A stretch of DNA of 62,672 bases, filler included, from Globobulimina sp. (GCA_003354225.1; 41 parts of 41 records of this genome joined end to end with filler, not necessarily neighbours in it); one strand, 5' to 3'. Numbered from the whole stretch's first letter, positions 11,415-24,412 are shown. Program-made: numbers and translations. The notes: generated by a model not told the origin, from the letters alone.

Positions 11415-12258
11415 TTTTATTATTATTTAATGCGAATTTGCGTAAACATTATTTTATCAATACATTATTTTATTCATTTTAATGGTTGTCGGGATAAAGG
11501 TATTTTTCCTTATTCATTCTCTTCTTTTTTTTGTTTTCTTTTTTTGAAGTAATATAATAATAAATAGTGAGATTGATAATGATTTGGAATAAGGAAAAGC
11601 TGCCATTGATCCATGCAAGCTTCAAATGATTAATTTAATTTTTATCCATATTTTTTCTCTCTCTATTTTTTAGCGATATCGCTCGTGTGTGGTTTTTGTG
11701 TGTTTATGTTTATTTTGCTTGGTTAGTTTTCATTTTTTTTATCGTAACAATACGTGATATTTCTGTAAAACTCAGAAAATATCCGTATGTTGCTACGTTT
11801 TAAAGTTGTTTAAAAATATTTTAAGTTTTGTCAAAAATTAAATAATTAGTTTTATTGCCAATGAATAAATGTCTGCTGCCACACTTATAAGGATTGCAAG
11901 GCCTTATGTGTCGTGAACAACAAAAACATTATGGACTAAAAATTATACGTTGTACATCGACGGCACATAACGCATTATCAACAGCTTCATACGTTAACAT
12001 TTTGTTATCCGCGTGTTGTAAGACATATGCCATTTATTAATATGGCATAGCTAACTCCTGCACCACCGTCAGCAGAGTTTTTCGTTATAAGTTAGGTTCT
12101 TATACGTGTGCTGAAAAGAAGTATGCGGAGCTTAAGTTTAGGTATATATAACAAAATANNNNNNNNNNNNNNNNNNNNNNNNNNNNNNNNNNNNNNNNNN
12201 NNTTAATTAATTAANNNNNNNNNNNNNNNNNNNNNNNNNNNNNNNNNNNNNNNNNNNN

Positions 12259-13689
12259 CTTTCTTTTATATCTTTTTTTTTTTTATTTATACACGATATA
12301 ATCACCTTTTTTTTATTATTATTTATGGCGCCGTTAATAATTACTTTCTTCTTTTTTCTTTCTTGTTTTATTATTTTTTTAATTGCAGGCTTTTCCATTA
12401 TTATTCGTCGATTCTTATAGTCGTTATTATTATTAATCTTATTGATATGCGATATTTTAATAATATCAACCAAAGGAAATGGATCCAATGACAATGACAA
12501 TGACAATGATAGGGATAATGATGAGATATATTTATTATGTGTGATATTATTCATATATTTTGTATAAACCGGCCATTTGTTGATTAGATATTGTTTTATA
12601 TTTTTATTTTGAATAAATTTAAATAGCAAACCATCGCAATCCTTAAAATTGAATATTTTCTCGTAAATTATCAATAAAAGAATAGAAATCTCAAACTCAT
12701 TAAATTGTTTCTCAATAAATAGCTTTTTAATGATTTGTAAGGTCTGCGGCGTGGTGTCAGTGTCATCAATGAGCAATGTATAAAATATGGAGAAATGAAT
12801 GAAATGATGAGAGGTAGATAACATTTGTAAAATTTTAAAATTATTATTTAATAAAAACTTGAGAAATGAGATTTGAGTTTTTTTTAAATACTTTTTATAT
12901 TTAAATAACTGAATAAATACTAATTTGATATAATAGTGGTCGTCATAAGGAGTGGGAGAGTTCGTTTGCGTAATAATTAGATTAATGCAGGCGTTATAAA
13001 ATTGTTTATTGCATATCTTCAATGCATTGGATATGAACCAATTGATATGGTTATTGTTTAATATTTTTTTATTGAATAAACAAATGGATAATAAGATGGG
13101 AAACGACAAGGACGAAGAATGATAATTATTATTATGAATGGTGATGAAATGCGTCAATATGCGTAGTGGATGAATGCTAGACAAATACGACAATATATTG
13201 GCCATTTCCATTATTTTTGTATAGTTACTGTTGCGAATATATTTACAAAATAGATACTGGTCGGAATGGCATAAGATGGTATATTGCGATAACTTAATTT
13301 CATCGTTTTTGCTGTATAGATAGGTTGGCAATATGCCGTCCAATATTTCCTCTTTCAGCGAAGACTCAATTTCGCTGCAAATGATGCCATAGATCACCAC
13401 GTCCGGCGACAAATCAATTCCTTTCTTTAATAAATGGCGGATTTTTAAGTATAAGTTTGTGCTCGATAATGATAACAAAATGTCATAAGAGTCTAAGCAG
13501 TTCCACCTCGACTCTTTATCCGTTTTGGCGGACAATAATATCTTATTATTGCTGGTTATCACATGCGGCGATAACGAATTGCTTATTATGTTAAAATAAC
13601 ACAAATCATTATTAAAATAATAACTAGACACACTTTGCAAAAATGGCAATATATTTTCATATTTTATTGAGATTTTGGTTAATTTTAAT
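12259..13689 (-). CDS. Hypothetical AT-rich helical protein, partial at both ends
   Basis: Frame open across the contig; (SL)n hexamer repeat and Lys-rich end; no family motif. Confidence 0.6.
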
Positions 13690-13937
13690 ANNNNNNNNNN
13701 NNNNNNNNNNNNNNNNNNNNNNNNNNNNNNNNNNTTAATTAATTAANNNNNNNNNNNNNNNNNNNNNNNNNNNNNNNNNNNNNNNNNNNNTTGTGGATTG
13801 GAGAAAAACACATATTTAAAAATAGATAAATCAAACTTAATTGCAATTGCAAACATTAAAAGACATTCAAAAAACTATGAACGTTAAAAGTTAAAAAAAA
13901 AATAAAGAGAAAAAAAAAGAACATCGATAAAAAAAAA

Positions 13938-15222
13938 TTACGATTCATTAATTATATCAATTAATCGAGTTTTATATGGATCAATTGGTAGAATTATATT
14001 ATTCGGTGCTATAATTACATCATTCTGCGGCACATTGTCTTCATTTACCTCTTCATTCGAATCATAACTCTGCGAAAACACGCGATCAATGTCAATCATT
14101 TCAACAGTGATATTTTTCTGTCGTTGTCCTCCTAAAGTTACATCATCCTCATCATTGAAATTAACATCATTAAAATTGACATCATCATCGTCTTCGTCAT
14201 CATCATTATATCTTCGCTCAGTAAACATGGCCATATTTTCAGTATTTTTAGTGCCTTCCTCGTCATTTGTGTCGTGCGAATATGATGTTTTAGTCCTCGT
14301 TGTCTCGCCGTCAGTATCCTCCAATCCTAAATTGCTCGAAATCGTTGTCAGTGTACCACGTCGCATATTTGCTTTATATTTTTTAAATTTCCTACAACAC
14401 CTTTTCACCAAAACAAAACAACAAATACAGGCTAATATATCTGTAATAATCGCTGCGGTCACAATGACAATCATAACCACCTCGGGGTCCTCCTCGTGTA
14501 TCTCCACAGCACTTCCTTTGGTACTATCAGCAATCTGCACAGCTGCGTCAGGTGACATACTCGGCGAAGCAGTTGGTTGTATTTCTCGAGTTGGCTGAAA
14601 TGAGGTGGGAGACTTTGTAGGTGCCATGGTCGGGACTGTCGGTTCCATGGTGGGTGCTTCAGTCGGATTTGCAGTGGTTGGATCGGGCGATGCCGTGGTG
14701 GTTACTGGTGCCGGAGTGGGCGAAGTGGATGGGACCACACTCGGATTATTAGTGGGGGCCTTGGTGGGACTTGTTGTTGGCGGAGGGTTTGTTGGATTTG
14801 CTGTTGTCGGATTGAATGTTGTTGGGTTTGCACTGGGCGTTTCTGATGGATTCCGCGACGGAGAATTCGTTGCCGTTGGACGCAGTGTGGGCGATATTGT
14901 AGGCATATTGGTGGGAGATTGCGTAGGATTTATGGAGGGAGTTGGGGACGGATTGTTGGTCGGTACTGTTGGTTCATGCGTCGGTGCATTGGTTGGGAAC
15001 ACAATGGTCGGTTTAAAAGTGCTTGGACTTTTGGTTGGAGCTGCGGTGGTTGGTATGGCTGTGGTGGGCGAGGTGGTTGGTATTGGTGTGGGGTTATTGC
15101 TGGGTGGTATGGTTGGATTGTTACTGGGAGAGGTACTTGGATTGTTACTGGGCGATTTAGTGGGTGTGTAACTGGGTGAATATGTGGGGTATTTACTGGG
15201 TGTTTGTGTGGGTTTTGGTGTT
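13938..15222 (-). CDS. Type I membrane glycoprotein with PT/TxxP mucin-like repeats, one TM helix and an acidic cytoplasmic tail; 5' partial
   Basis: PTxxP repeats, TM VVMIVIVTAAIITDILACICCFVLV followed by KRCCRKFKK. Confidence 0.85.
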
Positions 15223-15385
15223 NNNNNNNNNNNNNNNNNNNNNNNNNNNNNNNNNNNNNNNNNNNNTTAATTAATTAANNNNNNNNNNNNNNNNNNNNNN
15301 NNNNNNNNNNNNNNNNNNNNNNAGACTGGATGGTGCCATGTTGAAAAATGTAACAATATAAATATAAAATCATATTTGAAAGTAT

Positions 15386-16520
15386 TCAAAACTGATGCAT
15401 TTCATCTTTTATTTTCCCATACGCTTTAAGGACAAGTTTATCTTTATAAAAATAGGCAGTCGCAAAACAATTGGTTTCCTCATCTGACTCAATAACACCC
15501 TCAAAAGTCCGATGTATAATACCATTTATTTTCTTATCACCATCATGATCGTGACCAGCAAAATATATTTTTACAATCTCTGAATATTTATCAATTATTA
15601 ACTTACATTGTTTATAGTCCCATGCCAATATTTCATACGGCGATTTCTGATTTGTTGATATTAATGGAACATGGCTGAAAATAAATACTTTATCCTTCTT
15701 TGTTTTTGCAATCTCCAATTGATTTGATAACCATTTTAATTGTTTAGTGCCAAAACCACCATTAAAAGCACTGTATCGTTGGACATCAAACTCTGTTTTA
15801 TTAGTTGCGGTCGGCGGTATATTTTTATTCTGAAATGGATTATGTTTATGTAATAAATCCGTGGCCGTATTAAAATATTTGTGTTTATTCTGACAATATT
15901 GATATCCATGAATAGATATTACAAAAGCATCTAAAATAATAAATAAAAAGCCATGATATGGATAAAAGGAATAATAATATTCATATTCATCATGTTCTTG
16001 GTTATAATTTGGACAAAATTGATAGTTTCGTAATTGTTTCCGATCGAAATTATACAGTTCGTGATTACCAATACAATTATGATAAAATGGATATTTTATA
16101 ATGTTATCTTTTTCTTCTTCTTTATTTTCCTTATTTTCTTCATTTTCTTTAATATTCATAGTTTGTAATAATTGTTTTGAATTAAATGGTTTAAATTTAC
16201 TAAATTCTATCATCATATTATTCATTGCTTGAACTGATGTTTTCTTTTGAACATTGCATAAATCGATGACGTCTCCAAGACATATCATTAATGATGGTCG
16301 AATCAGACATTCTGAAGCATCGTTCCATGTTTTAACTGCATTTTGCGTTAAAGTGAGTGATTGACGATATCTGATAAGAAATAATTTAATTAAAACATAG
16401 CATATATGTATATATATTAACCTTCGTGTTCGTGTTTTGGTGTAATTTTGTCCATCCTCTGCATCAGCATACTGTGGATCCGCAATTAATCCAATACTAA
16501 ACAAAGGAACTTGTTCCTCT
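15386..16520 (-). CDS. ADPRM: Mn-dependent ADP-ribose/CDP-alcohol diphosphatase (metallophosphoesterase); 51-nt in-frame intron 16371-16421
   Basis: [44 protein letters not shown] motifs; GTTAAT...ATCAG intron. Confidence 0.85.
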
Positions 16521-16754
16521 TGCTCCTTTATATCCGTTTTCACGGGCATATTTCCGGGCCCTTGATATTCTTCTGCAGCGGTACATGATGAGAGACTTGT
16601 ATATATCGGGATTATGCATGGCAAAAAAAGGCAGGACAAAAAGGTCGTCCCAGAAAATATGCCCATGATACGCTTCTCCATGAAGACCTCTGGCCGGTAT
16701 CGAAGCGTCTATATTGATATTGTGCCTGGGAGCACACGCCATAACATGATAGGA
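16521..16754 (-). CDS. Bacterial glycoside hydrolase family 65 (trehalose/kojibiose/maltose phosphorylase) internal fragment
   Basis: [17 protein letters not shown] and ARENGYKGA signatures; higher GC; ends abruptly at the ADPRM sequence. Confidence 0.85.
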
Positions 16755-16854
16755 NNNNNNNNNNNNNNNNNNNNNNNNNNNNNNNNNNNNNNNNNNNNTT
16801 AATTAATTAANNNNNNNNNNNNNNNNNNNNNNNNNNNNNNNNNNNNNNNNNNNN

Positions 16855-18211
16855 AACAATGTCCCAATACATAATCAATAATTTGTGTCAATTTATGCCA
16901 CTCAACTTTAAAATTTATATCTTTAAAATGATTATTTAAATTAAACACAATGTGATTCAAATGAGACTGCCAAAATATTCTCTCTTCACTCACTTCATTG
17001 GCTGGCAATATTTCTATGATATATTTATTATTATTTGTTTTATCGTTCATCCAAATGCTATTCGTTATGGCATTGCCTATTAACATGGTGCAGCCTCTAT
17101 GCATTATTACAATATCTCTTGGATGGTAATGATCATTTAAATTGAATTCAAAACAAAATATTCTCTCACTTAAATACTTAGAATTACATTCCATTACATT
17201 TTTATACAAATTCCGCCACGTTTTACCGATCGAAATATCATTTTGACAAAAACCAATAAATTTCCATTGCGAAATATCACCAATTTCTATATCCAAATTA
17301 TTATTATTTTTGTATTCATTCAATGTTTTATATTTCCATCGAATGACATCGGAATTAATGTGAATATCAATCGAATCGATCCAATCATTGTAAAAAGTAA
17401 TCATTTCTGGAAATATGTGTTTCATATTCCATTTATGTGCACCTCTTACAATCTGTTTTATTGGTTGCAAATACGACTCATTTTCTTTATTAAATCCGCA
17501 AAATATTAATCTCTTATAACATTCACAGGGAATTCGTTCAAATAAATACGTAAAATGGTTCAAAACATATCTGGTAAATGGCTGAATAAATAAATGCTGC
17601 GATGTTAATAATTCGATTTGATTATCAATGAATAAATAAAATTTTGAATTATTTTTATCTTTTTTAAATGGTGACGATTTATATGGAATTGATAGAGAAT
17701 AATTATACAAATAAAATAAATGTGATAATGTTGAAACATACCATTTATTTAATTTTCTTTGATTTGTGTCGTTTGTATTCGATGAAGCGAGAATTAGATG
17801 ATTATCAATATCGGAATAATAACAATTTGCGGATTTGTATTGGTTTATAGTCCATACTGACGAATTAAACATATTTAAATACAGTAAAAACGATTCAATT
17901 TCCAAATTATTATCAGCAGATAATGAGAATGCATCCTCTTTATTGAAAACATAAAACTTTTGTTGATAAATACAAATGTCCTCAATATACGGACAATCAT
18001 TATTATATTATTCATAACTCCAATTTGTTGAATCTGTGCCAGTTTTAATGTGATCAATTTTTGGTTTATTGTCAATAATGTACTCTATTTGTGGGGAATC
18101 CAACGTTTCTGGTTTGCTGCAAAAGATATTGGAAAATCCACTTATTTCAAAAATAATGCTAATGATTATCAATTGTAGGGTCAAAATCATGCTCTGACAG
18201 GATTTCAACAA
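16855..18211 (-). CDS. Secreted or type II glycosyltransferase family 61-like protein with one in-frame TAA (18010-18008)
   Basis: N-terminal hydrophobic segment; C-terminal MLIGNAITNSIWM...IIEILP resembles the GT61 motif; ORFs 18008-18211 and 16799-17905 share a frame and are separated only by that stop. Confidence 0.5.
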
Positions 18212-18702
18212 CCGGTGACGCTAAATGACAATTTCTATTTTCAACAAAAAACTTTGAGGTACAATTTCTATTTTTTAATTTAATTTNNNNNNNNNNNNNN
18301 NNNNNNNNNNNNNNNNNNNNNNNNNNNNNNTTAATTAATTAANNNNNNNNNNNNNNNNNNNNNNNNNNNNNNNNNNNNNNNNNNNNATTGTTTTTAACAA
18401 ACAAGACCGGGGGTAAACCCTTAATGCACCCTTTGATTTAATTTGAATGCTAAGTTTAAACGCTCTCAACAATATAAGCTGGATTTGCAAACTCAGCCAA
18501 GACAAAGTTATAACAAACCGTTCCTAGTACAACTGAACCAAATGTCTCTTTGGAGAGTATAGGAATAAAATCAAAAGTATACAAAAGGAACTCTGTTAAC
18601 TAGTCATTCTGACCTTTTCTAATTTGTTTTTATTTTTTTATAAAATATATAGTACAAAGCAATTAAAAAAATCAATCCAAGTCTTTCAATTCAACGGTTA
18701 AT

Positions 18703-19818
18703 TCATTTTGGTTTAAATAATCGAGAGAAGAATAATGATTGAATGACGGACGAAACTAATAATACAACAATCATAGTGGCAACAGCCACATTCAATACGT
18801 TTAAATACAGAAATAAATATCCAAATATCTGCCAGATGTTATTCGACCAAGAATATATTATCTGATAAAAACCAACAGCTTCAATATTTATATAACCCAA
18901 ATTAAGGAAGTCATCATATTGATGAGCATACGTAAAAAAAGCCAAAATAAAGCCCAATGAAACGGACAACAATGTTTGATCATCAATGTTTGAATCAAAT
19001 CCGGAGATAATAAACACACCAACACCGACAAATATCGATGCAATCGGATAAATATATCGATAAAAATGATAAGAATCAATAAACGGTAATAATAAATATA
19101 TGTATAATAATGCACCAATTCCCATAAATCCCGCTCTAAATACACTTTGATACATTATATTTGTCAGATAATTACCACAGAAATTTGATAATTTTTTATT
19201 ATCATCGTCAGTATCAACACCTGCGATGGTCAATGGCTCGTAACTTGACATCAAATCAGATAATAAAAATACTAAAATCACATTGACAATGCCATACCGT
19301 GTTATTTTATTATCGATGAATAAAAACCGAAATGATTCACAAAAATACCATGAATTATTAGTTTCCGTCTCTTTCTTTAATTGCGCATTAATTAACAATT
19401 CATCTTTTGATTTTTTCCCCGCTTCAATGCGCTCGCCGTATATGGATGGATTATCGGTGAATAATTTAGATATTTTTGCTGAACCATAATACATAAACAC
19501 ACCATAAATAATGACAAACATAATTAATAAATACTGCACAAAATAAAATGATGTGTATTGCTCTTTCATGACAAGAAAAGAAGGAATAACCATCAAACAA
19601 ATCACATTTTGTGCGAGGAATCGGCCCCAGATTCCAATGCGCGTAAAATAAGTGGTCTGTATGTTATTACTTTGTGTGACATCATCATTGCGCTTTGTGT
19701 CATAGTCAATGAACAATTTTGTCAATTTATACAAGGAATTGTTATATTGCATGTCAACTAAACTTTGAATAACGTTGATTGCAATTAATATATATTCAGA
19801 ACTTGCAAATTTAAATAC
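18703..19818 (-). CDS. Multi-pass membrane transporter-like (MFS-like) protein, 5' partial
   Basis: About 8 hydrophobic helices with a central hydrophilic loop. Confidence 0.55.
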   Translation of the reverse strand, partial: VFKFASSEYILIAINVIQSLVDMQYNNSLYKLTKLFIDYDTKRNDDVTQSNNIQTTYFTRIGIWGRFLAQNVICLMVIPSFLVMKEQYTSFYFVQYLLIMFVIIYGVFMYYGSAKISKLFTDNPSIYGERIEAGKKSKDELLINAQLKKETETNNSWYFCESFRFLFIDNKITRYGIVNVILVFLLSDLMSSYEPLTIAGVDTDDDNKKLSNFCGNYLTNIMYQSVFRAGFMGIGALLYIYLLLPFIDSYHFYRYIYPIASIFVGVGVFIISGFDSNIDDQTLLSVSLGFILAFFTYAHQYDDFLNLGYINIEAVGFYQIIYSWSNNIWQIFGYLFLYLNVLNVAVATMIVVLLVSSVIQSLFFSRLFKPK

Positions 19819-19920
19819 NNNNNNNNNNNNNNNNNNNNNNNNNNNNNNNNNNNNNNNNNNNNTTAATTAATTAANNNNNNNNNNNNNNNNNNNNNNNNNN
19901 NNNNNNNNNNNNNNNNNNTT

Positions 19921-20676
19921 GGTGGCTTTTTTGCAGACGCTTTCTATGATTATCGCACTTGGGTTTTATTTGCGTGCTACGGTGCGTGCTGTGGTGTGGA
20001 GCTCACTTTTTATGTGGTCGCAGCTCAATATTTCCAGGATGAATTTGGCGATGACGGTGTAGATGAGATCACGGCCGGTGCCATTGTCATGATTTGGAGT
20101 GCTATTAACTTATTTGCACGGCCATTGGGTGGTTATTTATGTGATAAGTATAACATACCACAACGGTCAAAAATCTTATTCGTTTTGCTGTTCTCTGAAG
20201 CAATTCTACTCATTTTATTTGGAGCGATCGGCCGTTTGTCGCTGACTGCGTCCATTGTGTCGTCCATGTTATTTTCTGTTTGCATTCAGATGGCCGAAGG
20301 TGCGACGTTTAGCATTGTTACGTTCATTCAGCCGAAGTCAGTTGGACATGTGATAGGAATTGTGGCCGCTGGCGGGAATTTCGGAGCCACTATTTTCATT
20401 TTTGTCATATTTGTGCCATGGAATTACAGCAGCTACGCCCCGCAGTATTCGTGGGTGGTGATGGGTGTGGTGGTCGCCATTTGCTCAATGTGTGCTCTGA
20501 TGATTCAATTTACAAATCGGGAGCTTCACGATTCCAATGCGAATATGGAGGCTTGCTATGATTTGGCCGCGATCAAAACCACAAATAAAATTGATATCGC
20601 ACATGGAAAGAAGGCGGATCTTCATACTTTCTCAAGAGTAAAAGTAGGGGACCTAACTCCTTTAAGTAGTGACTAG
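19921..20676 (+). CDS. NRT2: High-affinity nitrate transporter (NRT2/NarK, nitrate-nitrite porter family), C-terminal half
   Basis: DYRTWVLFACYGACCGVELT, NLFARPLGGYLCD, QMAEGATFSIV and GIVAAGGNFG nitrate signature; frame open from the contig edge. Confidence 0.88.
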   Translation, partial: GGFFADAFYDYRTWVLFACYGACCGVELTFYVVAAQYFQDEFGDDGVDEITAGAIVMIWSAINLFARPLGGYLCDKYNIPQRSKILFVLLFSEAILLILFGAIGRLSLTASIVSSMLFSVCIQMAEGATFSIVTFIQPKSVGHVIGIVAAGGNFGATIFIFVIFVPWNYSSYAPQYSWVVMGVVVAICSMCALMIQFTNRELHDSNANMEACYDLAAIKTTNKIDIAHGKKADLHTFSRVKVGDLTPLSSD

Positions 20677-21450
20677 ATTCTGTTCGCTTTAATTGAAATC
20701 CTTATTTTTATTAACACAAAGATTGTTTATTGAAATTCAAACATATTTCTTTCGACAGTATATCATAATTATCATTATGATATGCAAAAAATACGTTTAT
20801 ATGTTTCGGTTTCTGAAATTATGCGTGTAAAAACATCTGAATCATATACTTATCATTACGACAAAGCAAAAATGCCTATTAAGAGTAGAAAGTTCTAACG
20901 GTCAGGCTCTAAAATATGAAAAAAAATAAAAAAAAGCCGGCCAAATTCCACCGGATAGCATGCGTTTCGAAAAATTCTTTCACCACATGGTAATTAGGAA
21001 TGTTCCAATGATCATTATTCTGTAATTGAAATTTTACTGAATTCATATTGCGCCAGTTAGGGGGGCAAAAATTACTATTTTTATCGGGAGTTCCGCGGAG
21101 TTGAGTTCAAAAGTTTTTCATATCTGAGAACTGGTTAACTTTCTGTACAAGAAAACAAACATTAGAGAAATAACAAAATAATTTTGTTGATAATTATTTG
21201 ATAGTATATGATAAAATCTCTATTGATCCATTATAACCAAAATAACCACCCATAGATACAGCAACATAATATTTTCCTTTCTTAATCTTTGACAAAACAC
21301 CCAAACTTTCTCCGTTTTTATAAAAAGATATTTGCAAATTATTAAAATCCNNNNNNNNNNNNNNNNNNNNNNNNNNNNNNNNNNNNNNNNNNNNTTAATT
21401 AATTAANNNNNNNNNNNNNNNNNNNNNNNNNNNNNNNNNNNNNNNNNNNN

Positions 21451-21860
21451 GCAGCATGATAATTATGTATTATTCCAACTTTATGCCGAAATCTTATATA
21501 ATATCGGCGGACAATCAAACTATACCAATGCACTGAAATATTTCTCGCAAGCTCTCTTATTATCATCTGATAAAAATACACGTTCATTGTGGGGCATAAT
21601 TATGTGTATAAAAGCTTTGAGAGATAGTGATTTATCATCAAATGATCAGGAATTAATTAAAAATTGTAGGCACAGAATAATGCGAAATTATGTTGATTCA
21701 AAATCGAAATTAATTGACAATGTAAAAGATGTGTTGTTGACATTTGGAGCTGTGGATAATTAAATAAATGACATTTTATATGCCATCCTTGCTCATCTTG
21801 AACGGTTAGACATTTCTTGCCAATGATTTCATTTTTAGCACACATGGCATGCGCATCAAA
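21451..21860 (-). pseudogene. Possible degraded ORF with two in-frame TAA (21659-21657, 21602-21600)
   Basis: ORFs 21657-21845 and 21399-21587 are in one frame; about 135 codons with only two stops. Confidence 0.3.
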
Positions 21861-21890
21861 TATTAATTACACAAATCAACACGGTATCAA

Positions 21891-22304
21891 TTAAGCAGAT
21901 TGTTGTGATTGTTGCTGTTTTAGTTTCCTCTGTTGATCAAAAATAGTTTGCATTTGTTGCCACATTGGCTCCTCCAATTCAGCTTTCTGTGGCATCACAC
22001 CGTCTTTAATCAATTCAATCCTATGTTGCAATTCATACCGCATCCATTTACGTTTCCGAGATTCTCTCCTTCCCTCCCTTTGAGACAACCAATTATTCCT
22101 TCTCAACAATGCTCGCCTTTCGTCTTTCTCCTGTTGCAACATTACAGAATATGCAATTGGTATTGCTTTAGGATCGCCACACAATGCACGTTCAACCATT
22201 TCATCTTCCTTACGTTCCAAGACTCGCAATAACCGATATCTTAATTTTTCACCGAGTCTAGAATTCATATCCCTGCAATTTGTGGTCAATATGTACCGAT
22301 CCAA
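21891..22304 (-). CDS. Hypothetical basic/Gln-rich protein
   Basis: 137-aa ORF with helical charged composition. Confidence 0.45.
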   Translation of the reverse strand: MDRYILTTNCRDMNSRLGEKLRYRLLRVLERKEDEMVERALCGDPKAIPIAYSVMLQQEKDERRALLRRNNWLSQREGRRESRKRKWMRYELQHRIELIKDGVMPQKAELEEPMWQQMQTIFDQQRKLKQQQSQQSA

Positions 22305-22981
22305 GCTCCCTTTTAAGTTTTTGTGTTAATGCAGCAAAAAATAAATAATAATTACAAATAAAAACAGTAGCAACACTTTTTTTGTTGTATGCTTTATTTG
22401 TGTTTCTAGCAACATGTACAAAAAAAGTGTGGCTAATGTTTTTATTTTTTGATGCGAAATTTCTGGAATTATGCACATAATTCACCTGCTTGGTTTATTT
22501 TATGTAGACCCTTTTTTGAGACATGAAGCCATAAATGATTGCCCAAGATGTCACTCCATAATCTGAGAAGATACCTGGATGGATGTATCATTTTGCGTGT
22601 TTTGTTTAATTGCGGATAATCTGCGATTTTAATTTTAACTCTGTTATCTTCTCCGTGTGATAATGAGTGCAGTGAGTCATTGGTAAACATATATTCTTTC
22701 ATATTACGTGGATGTTTATATACTTTTTTCCATTTAGGATGAAATAACATTTTACTGTGTAAGTTATGTATTTTGGTTCTGCGTTGATTCAAATATAATG
22801 ACGATGTTTGATTTGAATATATGTTCATGGTTGGCAGTGCACAATATCCAGTTTGTGTTAACACTGCTCGTGAATTAGCACNNNNNNNNNNNNNNNNNNN
22901 NNNNNNNNNNNNNNNNNNNNNNNNNTTAATTAATTAANNNNNNNNNNNNNNNNNNNNNNNNNNNNNNNNNNNNNNNNNNNN

Positions 22982-23342
22982 AGTATCGTCAATTACACAA
23001 AATAATGAGTCTACTAACTGTCTGATATGCGAATTTCCCATAAATAAAGCATTTGTTTTTACCATATATGGCGATTTGAATAATTTTAAGTTTGAAACAA
23101 TGTAGTTCAATTTCACGAATATAATGCAATAAAATAGATTTGTTGAACTGCTGTAAAAAATATGTAAAATTGGTTTTTTTCAATGATATTTCTGTCACAG
23201 TCGCACTATGATGGTTGTGGTTGAATCTTATCATATTTGCATTCAATTGAATCTTATCATATTTATAAAATAAAGATCCTAATCCCACACACAATATAAA
23301 CCCACAAATTATTATTTTGATTGGTTTGCTTTGTGATAACAT
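22982..23342 (-). CDS. Type II membrane SGNH/PC-esterase-like protein, N-terminal part, frameshifted near 23120
   Basis: N-terminal TM helix in one frame; LFMGNSHIRQL (GxS block) in the overlapping frame. Confidence 0.45.
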
Positions 23343-23565
23343 CGATTAAGTGGTTACAGTGGATATGTACTTAATTTTTCAAAAACTTTTTGAACAGCTT
23401 GATCCAGTTCGAACTTTGAAAAAAAACACATTTAAAAAAACCAAACCGTTTCGAAAATAGTAATACAGTGTTAATGTATAAATCATTATAATACTTGAGT
23501 TGTGTGTGGAGGATTTTCTTTGTTACTCTAAACAACTACACACTTAAACCAGCCTTGCCTTGTGA

Positions 23566-24412
23566 ATGTCTGAAGAGCTGAAAGAAAATAAAGAAGCACG
23601 TAAAAAACGAAAAGAAGAGCGTCGTAGAAAACGTGAATCATTTCAAAATAGATTAGCAGCGGTCAACAATGGCATCACAGATGAACGTAACCCAATCATC
23701 ATAGAAATTGTGCGTGACCATTTGAAGAAAGACATCGATGTATTCCAAGCCCGTTGGCAGAGCGGAGCTCCTTTATCTAATCAAGTATTCCTAAATACGC
23801 CTTTGTTCTGGTACAAAAAGCACAAATGGTCGCATAAAGACGTCAAGGAATTCTTTAAAATCACCAATACCTACAAAGAAAACTTAGACTCTGAATTGGC
23901 GATTATTTGGGGCATTGATGAAAGTGCCAAAAAAAAGAAAAAGGAAAAGGTTAGGTATAACTCGCAAAATCGCATAAATTATATATAAATATATCATATT
24001 ATATACATAGAGGAAGAGATTAAAAGAGAAACATTTACGAAAAGAATCATTTGCCTCCTTATTAACTTTACGACATTCTTCATTGCGTTTAATGCAAGAA
24101 AGATCGATGCAATTTGTGCAGAAAAACGACCCCAAAGCAGACCGAGCCAGCGTGAAAATATGGAATTTATTAACCCGCCAACGGGCAGAGCAGGAACGCG
24201 AATATTTGAGTCACAACCAATTCAACATCAGTTTGGTGGACAACAATATCTCTGTGGATCCTGATTTGAGTGTCGATTTATTCTACGAATTGACTCGAAC
24301 TTGGGAGATAATCGAGAAACATCGCGAGGACAAAAAGAACAACCCTCAAAAATATGCCGTTTCCAAGAAAGAGCAATACAAAAAGGCGCGCGGCGGCGTG
24401 ATGAGCATAAAA
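23566..24412 (+). CDS. Hypothetical basic protein with NLS-like Lys/Arg tracts; 61-nt intron 23950-24010; 3' partial
   Basis: GTTAGG...CATAG intron joins ORF 23566 to ORF 24083 in frame. Confidence 0.65.

Noticed and set aside
14089-15179. Long plus-strand ORFs rich in Val/Gly or Ser
   Set aside because: Antisense shadows of the PT-repeat and acidic gene on the minus strand
15386-16681. 431-aa ORF as a single novel protein
   Set aside because: The N-terminus is an off-frame reading of the bacterial GH65 fragment, and it reads through a 51-nt intron
20760-20783. 10-bp perfect hairpin downstream of NRT2
   Set aside because: Almost all A/T and plausible by chance; a bacterial terminator is not expected in this context
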